Source: Podospora anserina
Taxonomy: Eukaryota
Direction of reading: 5' to 3'
Assembly (NCBI GenBank): GCA_017654855.1
Contig: CM030336.1
Span: 1 to 64,000 of the forward strand
Length of the DNA stretch: 64,000 nt
Positions 13,101 through 26,749 of this stretch are shown here, piece by piece (the stretch's first letter is position 1; the number at the start of each line of letters is the position of its first letter). A program made the translations under genes and the position numbers. The notes beneath the pieces were generated by a model. It did no database searches. It had not been told where the DNA came from and saw nothing but the letters and a program-made list of their open reading frames with translations.

Positions 13101-15064
13101 TTCTTTAACGGATCCTACCCCCTATTTCTAAAGTGGGGCCTTTTTTTTGGTGCGCTTTTCAACGGATTGTACTACAATCCATCGGAGAATAACTGATAGG
13201 ACACCGTTCCGTAGTCTCTTTACGCTTTAGATCCTTCTTTAAGCCTTAATTAGCTTTCCGACCTTTCCTTCGATCCTAATATAGCCGGTCCTTCCTTCCT
13301 AAACCCATAAAGTACCGCCGATAGCATACCTTTTACTTCCTAAAATAATTAAAATATATAGTATTATTTATATATAAGTTTCTCTATATTTTCTAACTTT
13401 ATAGTATAGTATATAATACGTTAATTATTATATTAAAAGTATAAGTTTAATTCCTATTACGGTTCTCGAATTTCTATATTATTATTATTTAACGGTAATC
13501 TAAAGACTTATCTCTTTTATTTAGGTTTTAATCGGTTTAAATATTACCGGTTAAATTTTTTTTATTTATTTAAATAATTAAAATTTATTTTTAATTCCTA
13601 TAAATTATTTATAACCGGATATTTTAATTAATTAATTAAATACTTTAATTAACCTCTATTAAACCGTAAATCTAGTATTTTTTTTATATCGTACTTTTTT
13701 TTTTCGTCCTCCGCCATTACTTATATATTAATTTTACTTACCGGTAATACGGGTTTTAGAAATAAAATATAAAAAGTATATAACTATAAACGTATCGTAG
13801 TAAGTAACTCCAATTCGAATACCGTTTTTAAAATCTTTCTTTTAATTTTAAATAGACCCACTCTCCTATAATTTAGCTTTTTACTAAGTCTTTTAGTACA
13901 TAAATTACGTATAGAAAAGAATATTATATCCCCCCCCTTAAAGTAAAATCCTTTAAGCTTTTTAGTATTATAATATTTTTATATTTTTTTTTTTATAAAT
14001 TTTAATTTTTATTTAAATTTACTATAAAATATATATAATTTATTTACTTTAACCCTAGCCCTAAGTACTTTAACGCTAGGTCCTTACCGTAAGTTTACTT
14101 TATATTTAAAATTTACGAAGAACGGTATAACTTTAATTATTTAAGTTAATAATATATTATATACTAATTATATTATAAATAATAATTTAATTTAATTATT
14201 TTATTCGAAATTAATATAATTTCATAAATATTATTCTATAATTTAATTAAACCGTTCTATTTAATTATTCGTTTAAGGGTAATAAACCGAAAATACTTTA
14301 CTTACTACCTTTAACCTCGTTATTAACGCTCTTTAAAACTTCGATACGAATTTAATATTGCGGTCCGTAATAAACTCTTTTAACTATATATATATTAATA
14401 TAATATACTATAATACTATATCCGTTAATTACTTTACTAACTAAATTTTTTTATAAAGTAAAAAGTATATTTATTTAATAAATTTATTAATTACTATTAA
14501 TATATTATTATATTTAATACCGGTTACTATATTTTTAAATTTTAATAATTTAATAATAAAATTCGTTATAATTAAATTTTATAATCATTTTATTATTAAT
14601 AATAATTTTAAAAATCTATAAAGCTTATACTTTATAATCCTTGTTTTTTTATATATATAATATAATTATATAGCTTCCTTAATATCGTTTTTAATCTTTA
14701 ATTAATTAAAGTATTATTTAATTTTTTTTATAATCTTTATAATACTTATATATCCTCCGAACTTCGATCTATAAATTTTTATTATTAATATCGTTCTATT
14801 ACTTAGTATTACGTACGCTCGATTTTTATACTATAGTTTTCCTTAACTATTTTTTTACATACCTTATAGCTTTAGCTTTTCCTACTAATATTACTCCGTA
14901 ATATCGTTATTTAACTTCCTTTAATATTTACTGGAAGTAGCTTTTTTATAATATATTATATAATACTTTATTTATAACTATAGTAAATACTTAAAATACC
15001 GTTTAACGTCTCTTTAAGTAATAGTAGTAACTACTTAGGTATATCTTTATAATAGTCGGCCCGC

Positions 15065-15558
15065 TATAACGAACCCCTATATAGAACCTCTAAAAAGGAT
15101 ACTAGTTAAAGGTAATTTCTAATAATTGATTCGGTATAGCTAAATAGTATATAGTAAAATATTTTAATATAAATACTAATTACCGTAAATATAAGTTTAA
15201 ATTATATATTACGGAACTATTTATCTATACTAGCTAGTTCCTCCGTATATATAAACTTTAGAGCCGTAAGGTACTCGCCCTACTATAGGCCCGATTACTC
15301 CTAGTATATTATATCCTGTATTATGCTCGTCGTACTATACCTTTAATTACTCCTAGTATATTATATTTATATTATACTCGTCGTACTATACTTTTAATTA
15401 TCTCTAATATTTTATATCCTATAGATTACTCGTAAACTTTAGCGCTATAATACTTTTATTTAACCCTAATCGGCTTATTCCTTAACTTTTTAAATAATTA
15501 GTTAGGAGCGATTTACGCCCTATATATAGCGCGATTTACCGTTAAATTAACTATAATA
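15065..15558 (-). repeat. 3' LTR of element Y
   Basis: Direct repeat of 22053-22546. TG...CA ends converted by RIP to TA...TA. Confidence 0.88.
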
Positions 15559-18500
15559 TAATACCTCTTTTTTTAAGTTAACGCCCCAATAATTATATTC
15601 CTAAAATAATTATCGATTTCCCTTTCTTTTATATTTGTATTATAAATTCCTTTCCTTTTTTATTTTAATTATTATATTTAATTATATAAAGAAATCGATT
15701 CGTACGAATATCGATTATCGTTATAATTAAATATATTTTTTTAAAAAGTTTAGTTTTAGTATACTTAAATATATTTATTATAAAAAAAATAATTTTTAAT
15801 ATATAATTTCCTTTCAATACGACCGGTACTTCTTATATATTAATTCGAATCGTTTTTATTATAATATTTATAATATAAATCGTAAATTTCTTTTTTAACT
15901 TTCCCTTTTCTTTTTTAATTATTTTTATAATCCGTTTTTTAATTAAAAAGAAAAAATACTTAAATACCAAAAAATAAATTACTTTAAATAAACTTTTTTA
16001 TTTCGAAATATAATTATATATCTTTAAGGCTCGAGCCTTTACTACTTTCCGTCGCGAATCTCGGCTCTTTAAGGAAAAAGAGAGAGAGTCTTTCGCGCGG
16101 CCTACTACCCTACATAGCCCGCCGACGGCGGATATTTCCGTTACTCTTTCCGATCTTTCCTTTTTAAATCCTTCCTTAAGCTTCGACTAACCGCCTAACT
16201 TTTCTTTAAACCCGGGCGTAGCCGGTCTTTCCTTCCTAACCTCCCAAAATACCGCCGCTAATACGCCTTCTATTTCCTAAAATAATTAAAGCGCGTAATA
16301 CTATTTATATTTAATCCCCTTTATATTTTTTAATTTTATAGTATAATATATAGTACGTCGATTATTATATTAAAGGCGTAGGTTCGATTTTTATTAAAGT
16401 TCTTTAGTTTCTATATTATTATTATTTAATAGTAATTTAGGGACTTATTTCTTTTATTTAGGTTTTAATCGGTTTAAATATTATTAATAGAATTCTTTTT
16501 ATTTATTTAAGTAATTAAAGTATATTTATAGTTTTTATAAATTATTTATAACCGGATATTTTAATTAATTAATTAAATATTTTAATTAACTTTTATTAAA
16601 TTATAAATTTAATATTTTTTTTATATCGTACTTTTTTTTTTTTATTTTCCGCCATTACCTATATATTAACCTTACTTACCGGTAATATAAGTTTTAAAAG
16701 TAAAATATAAAAAGTATATAATCGTAAATATATTATATTAAATAACTTTAATTCGAATATCGTTTTTAAGATTTTCCTTTTAACTTTAAATAAACTTACT
16801 CTCCTATAGTCTAGCTTCTTACTAAGTCTTTTAATATATAAATTATATATAAAAAGAAATACTATATCCCTCCCTTTAAAGTAAAGTCCTTTAAGCTTTT
16901 TAATATTATAGTATTTTTATATTTTTTCCTTTATAAACTTTAATTTTTATTTAAATTTACCGTAAAATATATATAATTTATTTACTTTAACCTTAGCCCT
17001 AAATACTTTAACGTTAAGTCCTTACTATAGGTCTATTTTATATTTAAAATTTATAAAAAATAATATAACTTTAATTATTTTAATTAATAATATATTATAT
17101 ATTAATTATAATATAAATAATAATTTAATTTAATTATTTTACTCGAAATTAATATAATTCTATAAATATTATTTTATAATTTAATTAAACCGTTCCGTTT
17201 AACTATCCGTTTAAAGATAGTAAGCCGAAAACACTTTATTTATTATTTTTAGCCTTATTATTAACGTTTTTTAAAATTTCGATATAAATTTAATATCGCG
17301 GTTTATAATAAACTTTTTTAATTATATATATATTAATATAATATACTATAATACTATATCCGCTAATTACTTTATTAATTAAATCTCTTTATAAAATAAA
17401 AAATATATTTATTTAATAAGCTTATCGATTACCGTTAATATATTATTATATTTAATACCGATTATTATATTTTTAAACTTTAGTAATTTAATAATAAAGT
17501 TTATTATAACTAAATTCTATACTAAGTTTTACTATTAATAATAGTTTTAAAAATCTATAAAGCTTATACCTCGTAACCTTTATTTTTTTATACGTATAAT
17601 ATAATTAAATAATTTCCTTAATATCGTTTTTAATTTTTAATTAATTAAAGTATTACTTAATTTTTTTTCTAGTCTTTACAATACCTATATATCCTCCGAA
17701 CTTCGATCTGTAAATCTCTATTATTAATATTATTTTATTATTTAATATTATATACATTTAATTTTTATATTATAGTTTTCTTTAATTATTTTTTTAAATA
17801 CTTTATAGCTTTAGCTTTTCTTACTAATATTACTCTATAATATTATTACTTAACTTCTTTTAATATTTATTAAAAATAATTTTTTTATAATATATTACGT
17901 AATACTTTATTTACAACTATAATAAATATTTAAAAATACCGTTTAACGTCTCCTTAAATAATAATAATAATTCCTTAGGTATATCCTTATAGTAATCGGC
18001 TCGCCGGCTAAATACGTTTACTTTAATATTTTCCGAACCCTTTTTATAATTAATTTAAAAATTAAATTCTAAAAAGTTTTTTAATTATTATATTTATTAT
18101 ATATTAAGGACCTTCGTAATAATAAAGTATTATAAATTTTTATAATCTATATAAACCTATATTTTATATTTAATATTATTAAAATATAACTTTTATTCCT
18201 TAAATATTTTAATAATAATAAGTAGCTTCTTATTATAAATTAAATAATTTTAACGTACCCCTTCGAGCTTTTTCGAAAAGAAGGTTACCGGGTATAGCTT
18301 ATCGTCGTTATTTTACTACCTTAATTATTTACTAATCGTATAGTTTAATATATTTACTTCGACTTTAAATAATTAATTAAGGTTTAATAATTTAAATACC
18401 GGGTCCTTTAAAATAACTTTTTTTAACTCCTAAAAAGTTTATTCCTTTTCTTACTCCTACCGGAATTCTACGTTCTTTTTAATTAAATAATTAAATAATT

Positions 18501-21500
18501 ATATAATATTTACGTATTTATAAATAAATATTTAATAAAAATTTATAAACCTTAAAAATCTTTTAATATATATTTATAATTATAATATAAATTAATCTTT
18601 AATTACTATAATTTTTTTAAATTCTATAAGAACTTTATTTAATAATATTAAATATTTTAAATATATTATTTTTTATATATAAAACTCGCTTTTCTCTTTA
18701 TTAATTAAGAGTCCGGCTCCGTATAGCGCGTCGAATATCTTTCGTATATATCGCTTATACTCCTTTAAAGTACGTAAATAAATAAAAACGTTATCGAGAT
18801 AGTATATTATTATTTTATCGAGGTACTTCCGGATCGTATAATTAATAAAAAATTAAAATATTATAAGTATATTAATTAGCTTAAATAATATTATAAAATA
18901 TTTAAAATAATTATAAAATATACGAATCGCTATTTTTTATTTATTTATTTTTTTTAATCTATATATAAGCGTATCCGATAAATATATTTAAACGTATAAA
19001 GTATTATACCCCTACTAATTAACTCCGTAACTTAAATATTAATAGTAGCGAATAATTATTTTTTACCGTCTCGTTATTTAATTAACGGTAGTTTATATAT
19101 AATCGTAAATTACTATTTTTTTTCGGTATAAAAAATATAGAGTATCCTATTAGCGATATAAATTTTTTAATATATTTCTTTTTTAAATTTTTATTTAAAT
19201 ACTTCCGTAATTCTTTATTTTATTTATCGTTAGTATAATAAACTTTAAATAACCGTAATTTAATTCCTTTTTTTAATTTAATTTTATAGTCCCACGGTCC
19301 TTACTTTAAAAATCCTTTTAAATATTTAACTATAAAAGTTAAGTATCCTCGATATTCTATTAGTACCGTTTTTTTCTCGTTTTTTTCTATATAATTATAA
19401 TAAATATATTTATTAACCTCCGATATCTTTACTAACGTTATTAACCCTATTTCTTCGATCTTACCGTTTATATCGATAGAGTATATTATTACTTTTTAAG
19501 TTCCTTACGGTAATACCGTAGAGGGTATTTATCCTATACTTTACTCTATATATACGCCTAATCTCCTATTATTAATTAAATACTTTTAAAGTTCTTTTAA
19601 TCGTAAGTAATTACTATCCCTTTAATCGATATTTAGGTTATAATTTTTATATTATAATTGCCCTAGGATTATATCCTTCGAGGGTCTTATATTTATAATA
19701 TCGAATATAATTAAAATTATTTTTTTTTAATTATAATATCTAAAAATAATATTTTTTTATAAACCTTTTAAGTCGGAAATAATCCTTATATAATAATTTA
19801 TTCCTTTTTTTTCTTCTATAGTATTTTAGTTTAATATATAAATTATAACGAAATTAAATTCGTTTTTATATTTCCGTTTACTAATATTATTACTTAAATA
19901 TCTTTTTAATATATTATAATTTAAAAATATTTATTTTTCTTACTTCTTCCCTATATAGTAGTAACTTCGCTAACGAGTACCGGATTATTATCCTATATTT
20001 TTACTTTATACCGATACTTCTAAAAATACCGTTCGTAATCCGTTAAAAATTACCGGCCCCCGTAAAAGGCCGTAAATTATTTTTTAAATAATTATATTAT
20101 TTTAAAACGTCCTTTTACTCCGAGTTATTTAATAATATAAAGTTTTTTAATTATATTTACTTAACTTCCTCCTATTTTCTATTTTTTATATACCTAATAT
20201 TTTTTTATATATATATCCGATAACGGTTTTTTTATTTAATTATTTATTTAAATATTTTTATTTAATAATATTATTTATCCTTCTTTTATAAATATAATAC
20301 GTAATTTAGGTTTAAATATTAATTTAATATTATTTTTTCCTAAAAATATATATTATTATTTATATCCTAACCGTTCGCGTATTCGATATAGTATTTTATA
20401 TACTTTAATATAAATAATTAATAATTATATAATAATTTACTTTAATAGTATTTTATAAATCTGTATATAATATACTAAAACTAAAATACTTTCCGATACT
20501 CCGGATATTTAAAATAAAGTTATATCGTATCTCCTTTATAAAGTATATACTATATAAATATAAATATATTTTTTAATAATTTCGCGATCCCGATACTAAC
20601 GACTTTTTTACTTTTCTAATATTTTTCCCGACTTTTATATATAAACTTTATAAATAATAATATTTTTTATAAAATAATAATTTTATATTTACTATATTAC
20701 TTTTTTAATATCGTTTACTTAATAAATCCTTTTTACTATATAACATTATTATCCTTAACGACCTCCGTAATAATTTTTATAATAATTTATATTAATCGAT
20801 TTTAAAATATTAATATTTAAAGGTCTCCTTCTTTATACTCTACTTTTAGCCTTTCTATTATTTCCCGTAACCTTTAGAACTTTACTTCCTTTTATTTAAC
20901 ATATTAATTAAAGTTTTTTTTAAAGCTTATTACTTTATTTTATTAATATCTAATAATTATAACCTTTATAATCCTCGGTCCCCTTAATATAATAATTATT
21001 ATAGTAACTTCCTTTTTCTATTTAAATTATTTAAATACCTAATAATCCTTTTTAAAATATCTTACCTTACTATAATTAAAATACTTATAATTATTTTTAT
21101 TTTAGCCTTAGCTTTACGGCCTTTATTATTATATAACGTCGATATTTATAAATCCTAAATATATAATACTAAAGTAATTAATAATTAAATATTACCGTTT
21201 ACGTTTATTATTAAAATAGTAATTTCCGTAATAACCCTGATTATTATAATTTTTTTTTTCCGTATAACGTTAAAATTATTTATTATCGATCCGTATAATT
21301 ATAACAATATATTTATCAATAGTATTAAACCTCTCTTCCTTATATAACTTATTTTTTATTTTTTCTTTAAAATTATTATAAAAAATTTATATTAATTCTT
21401 TATTATTAATTTCGTTATATAAATTATCGATTTTAAATTAAATAATATATTCTATTATTAAACGTATTTATTATAGATTTACGAGCCTCTCCTACGCGTA

Positions 21501-22052
21501 TTTACCCTTATTATATTTCCTAAATACTTCCTTAAACTTTACCTCGAAAGCTCGGTAACTCCGAAAATATTAAATAGTAATTTCTTTTTAATTTTCCGCT
21601 ATTATTTTATAATAATTATTAAAAATAAATTCGAATTAAATAAAAGTTTTATTTTTAAGCCGGGTAATTATATATATTACTTTCGACTCTTCCGTATTAA
21701 ACTATTCCGGGTAATAACGAAAATAAATTTTAAATTAAATTAAAAAACTTTTAAACTTTACCTTTCCGCCTTTATAGTACTTTAGTGCCGGGAACTTAGT
21801 TACGTATATAAGCCTAACCGCCGAGAGAGTAAGAACCTACTCCTTAGTCTATTAGGCTTCGGCCTTAAGCTCTTTAATATAATTAATAAGCTATTAAACT
21901 ATAATAACTTTAGACTTAGCGTTTACCGTAAAAGGTCCTTCGATAGTTAGGCTAAGCGAGACGCTTCCTATCTAAACGTTTTTAGGTTAAGCTATAGTAA
22001 TAAAAAAACGTTTTTAATTTATTTATAATGGAATTAAAGTAAATATATAACG

Positions 22053-22546
22053 TATAATAAACCTTTATATAAAACCTTTAAAAGGGATACTAGTTAAAAG
22101 TAATTTTTAATAATTAATTCGGTATAGCTAAATAGTATATAATAAAATATTTTAATATAAATATTAATTACTGTAAATATAAGTTTAAATTATATACTAC
22201 GGAACTATTTATTTATACTAACTAGTTCCTTTATATATATCGACTTTAGAGCCGTAAGGTGCTCGCCCTACTATAGGCCCGATTACTTCTAGTATATTAC
22301 ATCTTACATTATGCTCGTCGTACTATACCTCTAATCACTCCTAGCACATTATATTTGTATTATGCTCGTCGTGCTATGCCTCTGATTATCCCTAGTATCT
22401 TACATCCTACAGACTGCTCGTGAGCCTTGGCGCTATAGCACTTTTGCCTAGCCCTGATCGGCTTATTCCTTAACTTCCTAAATGATTAGCTAGGGGCGAC
22501 CTGCGCCCCACATGTGGCGCGACCTGCCGTTGGGTTAACTGTGATA
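22053..22546 (-). repeat. 5' LTR of element Y
   Basis: Direct repeat of 15065-15558, followed by TSD CCCGC. Confidence 0.88.
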
Positions 22547-25500
22547 CCCGCTAGCTAAATACGTTTACCCTAACGTTCTCCGAAACTTTTTTATAATTAA
22601 TTTAAAAATTAAATTCTGAAAGAAACTTTAATTATTATATTTACCGTATATTAAGGACCTTCGTAATAGTAAAGTACTATAGATTTTTATAATTTATATA
22701 GATTTATATTTCGTATTTAATACTATTAAAATATAGCCTCTATTCCTCGAACGCTTCGATAATAATAAGTAGCTCTTTATTGTAGATTAGGTAATTTTAA
22801 CGTACCCCTTCGAGCTTCTTTAAAAAGAAAGGTACCGGGTATAGTTTACCGTTATCGTTTCGCTATCCTAATTATTTATTAATTATATAATTTAATATAT
22901 CCGCCTCGACTTTAAATAGTCGATTAGGGTCTAGTAATTTAAATATTAAGTCCTTTAAAATAGCTTCTTTTAACTCTTAAAAGGCCTATTCCTTTTCCTG
23001 CCCCTACCGGAACTCTACGTCCTTTTTAGTTAAGTAGTTAAATAGCCGCGTAATACCTATATACCCTCGAATAAATATCCGGTAAAAGTTTATAAGTTTT
23101 AAAAATTCTTTAATATATATTTATAATTACGGCGTAGGCTAGTCTTTAATTACTATAATTTTTTTAAGTTCTATATAAACCTCTTTTAATAATATTAAAT
23201 ATCTTAAATATATTATTTTCTATACATAAAACTCGTTCTTTTTTTTATTAATTAAAAGTCCGGTTTTATATAGCGCGTCGAATATCTTTCGTACGTATCG
23301 CTTATATTCCTTTAAAGTATATAAATAAATAAAAATATTATTAAAATAATATATTATTATTTTATTAAAATATTTCTAAATTATATAATGAACGAAAGAT
23401 TAAAACGTTGCGAATATATTAATTAACCTAAATAGTATTATAAAATATTCTAAATAACTATAAAGTATATAAAATATTATTTTTTATTTATCCCCTTCTT
23501 TAATCTATATATAGGCGTACCCGATAAGTATATTTAAATATATAAAGTATCGTACCCTTATTAATTAACTCCGTAATTTAAATATTAATAGTAATAAATA
23601 ATTATTTTTTACCATTTCGTTATTTAATTAATAATAGTCTATATATAATCGTAAATTATTATCCTTTTTTAGTATAAAGAATATAGGGTATCCTATTAAC
23701 GATATAGATTCCTTAATATATTCTTTTTTTAAATTTTTATTTAAATATTTCTATAGTTCTTTACTTTACTTATTATTAATATAATAAACTTTAAATAACC
23801 GTAATTTAGTTCTTTCTTTTAATTTAATTTTATAGTCTTACAGTTTTCGCTTTAAAAGTCCCTCTAAATATTTAGCCGTAAAGGTTAAGTACTCTCGATA
23901 TTTTACCGGTACCGTTTTTTTCTTACCCTTTTCTATATTATTATAGTAAGTATATTTATTAATCTTTAATATCTTTACTAACGTCGTTAACCTTATTTCT
24001 TCGATCTTACCGCTTATATTAATAAAATATACTATTATTTTTTAAACTCCTTACGGTAATACCGTAAAGGATATTTATTTTATACTTTACTTTATATATA
24101 CGCTTAATTTCCTATCGTTAATTAAATACTTTAAAAGTTCTTTTAATTATAAATAGTTACTATCCTTTTAATTAATATTTAAATTATAGTTTTTATATTA
24201 TAATTACTTTAAAATTATATTTTTCAAGGGTCTTATATTTATAATATTAAATATAATTAAAATTATTTTCCTTTCGACTATAATATTTAAAAGTATTATT
24301 TTTTTATAAACCTTTTACGTTAAAAATAGTCCTTATATAATAATTTATTCCTTTTTTTTCTTTTATAGTATTTTAACCTAATATATAAAGTATAGTAAAA
24401 TTAGATTCGTTTTTATACCTCCGTTTACTAATATTACCGCTTAAATATCTTTTTAATATACTATAACCTAAAGGCATTTATTTTTTTTACTTTTTCCCTA
24501 TATAGTAACGACCTCGTTATCGAATACCGGATTGTTATCCTATACCTTTATTTTATATTAATATTTACGAAAATACTATTCGTAGTCCGTTAAAGGTTAT
24601 CGGTTCCCGTAAAAAACTATAAATTATTTTTTAAATAATTATATCGTTTAAAAGTATCTTCCTACTCCGGGTTATTTAATAATATAAAGTTTTTTAACTA
24701 TACCCGTTTAGTTTCTTTTTATTTTCCGTCTTTTACGTACTTAATATTTTTATATATATATATTTAATAATAATTCTTTACTTTACTTTATTAATACTTA
24801 ATAATTATAATTTTTATAATTTTCGGTTCCTTTAATATAGTAATTACTATAATCTTTTTTTTCTATCCGAATCGCTTAAATATTTTACAATCCTTCTTAA
24901 AATATTCTACCTTACTATAATTAAAATACTTAAAATTATCTCTATTTTAACTTTACAGCTTTTATTATTAAATAATATTAACTTTTATAGGCTTTATATA
25001 TATAGTTCCCGAAACGTAAGTCCCGTATAGCTGTCTTTTCCTTTTATTATTAAAGTAATAAGGTTTTTATATATATATACCTTTACGCTTTTTACGGTAT
25101 TAATATTATTAATCGTTAATATAAATTATTATTATAATATATTTATCGATAATCTCCGGTCGCTCTATTTAATATAGTTTATTTTTAACTTCTTCTTTAA
25201 GCTTATTATAAAATAACTATATTAACCCTTTATTATTAATTATACTATAAACTATATTTATTTTAAATACTATAACGTAATCGGTAATAAATCGAGTTTA
25301 TTTAAAGTTAGTTAATTACTTTTAAGTACGCTTACCCTCGTCGTACTTTCTAAATACCTTTTTAATCTTCTCTTTAAAGCCTTTATACGACTTAAAATAT
25401 TTCTTTATAATATCCTCTTTCTCGTTATACTTATTATTAAAGTAATCTCCTAAAATCGGCTCGAACTAAATAAATATTTTATCCTTAAGCCTAAACGCGG

Positions 25501-25858
25501 CGTATACTACTTTAGATTTTTCGTTTAGGAAACGAAAAAGGTAATACCGAAAGTAAGTTTTAAATTAAATTAGGAACCCTTTTAGCTTTCCCTTTACGCC
25601 TCTATAGTAATCGGGTACCTCGAGCTTAGTACGCTTTCCCTCCTTACGTAAAGTACTAATCTCTTAATAAAGTATAACGTTTTTTTACGTAAATATATTG
25701 TAGGAAAGGCGTAATTTATCTTTAAGCTTTAAAATACGAGCGAAAAGTTAATTAATAATAGGTTAAGTCGAAATTCTTTAAATATTAACGTTTCTAGCTA
25801 TAGCGTTATTTTAATACCTTTAATTTATCTATAATAAAGTTAAAGTAAATATATAACG

Positions 25859-26255
25859 TATAACGAATTTCTATATAGAACCTCTAAAAGGGATACTAGT
25901 TAAAGGTAATTTCTAATAATTAATTCGGTATAGTTAAATAGTGTATAATAAAATATCTTAATATAAATACTAAATACCGTAAATATAAATTAAATTACAT
26001 ATTACGAAATTATTTATTTATACCGGCCAGTTTCTCCGTATATATAGACTTTAGGACCGTAGACCGTTAACTTATAGACGGTCCTTGGTCCTTTCCTAAT
26101 TGGCCGATACTGGACCGTGGACCGTAAGCTCCGCCGCGATCCCCGGTCCCTATCTAATTGGTTCGTTTACCTACCTGGACCGTAAGCCCCGCTCGATTGC
26201 GCGGTCTAGTCCTAATTAGTCCGTCGTGGCCCCACTGTTTTTTAGAACCGTAATA
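25859..26255 (-). repeat. 5' LTR of element X
   Basis: First ~190 bp match the Y LTRs. The remainder differs and carries GGACCGT repeats. Right end inferred from CCGTAATA (reverts to CCGTGACA). Confidence 0.7.
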
Positions 26256-26749
26256 ATTTTCTATATATAATATTTATATTTTTTTTAGTATATATATAGC
26301 GAATCGGCTACTATTTTATATATATATAATATTTCTTATTTCTTTTAATTCTATATAATAATTCGGACTTTTTTTTTTGTTTTTATAGTATTTATTATTT
26401 TATTTAAAATATATATAGCGGTTCGCGTACCTTTTTACTTTTATATAATAATAATATATTATTTATACTTTTATATATTAATCCGTAGTTCTTTTAATAT
26501 ATATTATAGTTATTAACCTCTATTTACCTTTTATATAATTTAAAAAACCTTTATATATATATATATATATATCTCCATTATTATTTTTACTTTTTATTTC
26601 TTTTTTTTTAAATATATAAAACTTAATGTTTAATTTAAAATTAAATATTAAAGTAAATTATTAATATATATTACTCCTAACCCTTTAAATTCTCTAAAAA
26701 TATTATATTTTTACTTATACCCTTAAACTTATAGCCGCACTCCAAACTA

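Larger units (their letters stand above)
1..13198 (-). mobile_element. RecQ-helicase-carrying repeat element, copy A (left end outside the window or unresolved)
   Basis: Colinear with 26256-36028 across the helicase relic, the GC-rich repeats, a second ORF relic and the 202-bp array. Both copies stop at the same terminus (...GAATAACTGATA) with different flanks. Confidence 0.75.
15065..22546 (-). mobile_element. Full-length RIP-degraded Ty3/gypsy chromovirus Y nested in X
   Basis: Two 494-bp LTRs and a 5-bp TSD CCCGC (15060-15064 and 22547-22551). Minus-strand relics: RT YLD(N/D)V near 18790, RNaseH-end ADALSRRAD near 18000, KKLDYRRV(G)PF near 16800 and a chromodomain near 16600. Confidence 0.9.
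13199..26255 (-). mobile_element. Ty3/gypsy chromovirus X (outer element), 3' end cut at the helicase-element terminus and interrupted by element Y
   Basis: Integrase, GPF and chromodomain relics at ~13500-15060. RT/RNaseH/protease/gag relics at 22552-25800. 5' LTR at 25859-26255. Pol is colinear with element Y. Confidence 0.8.
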
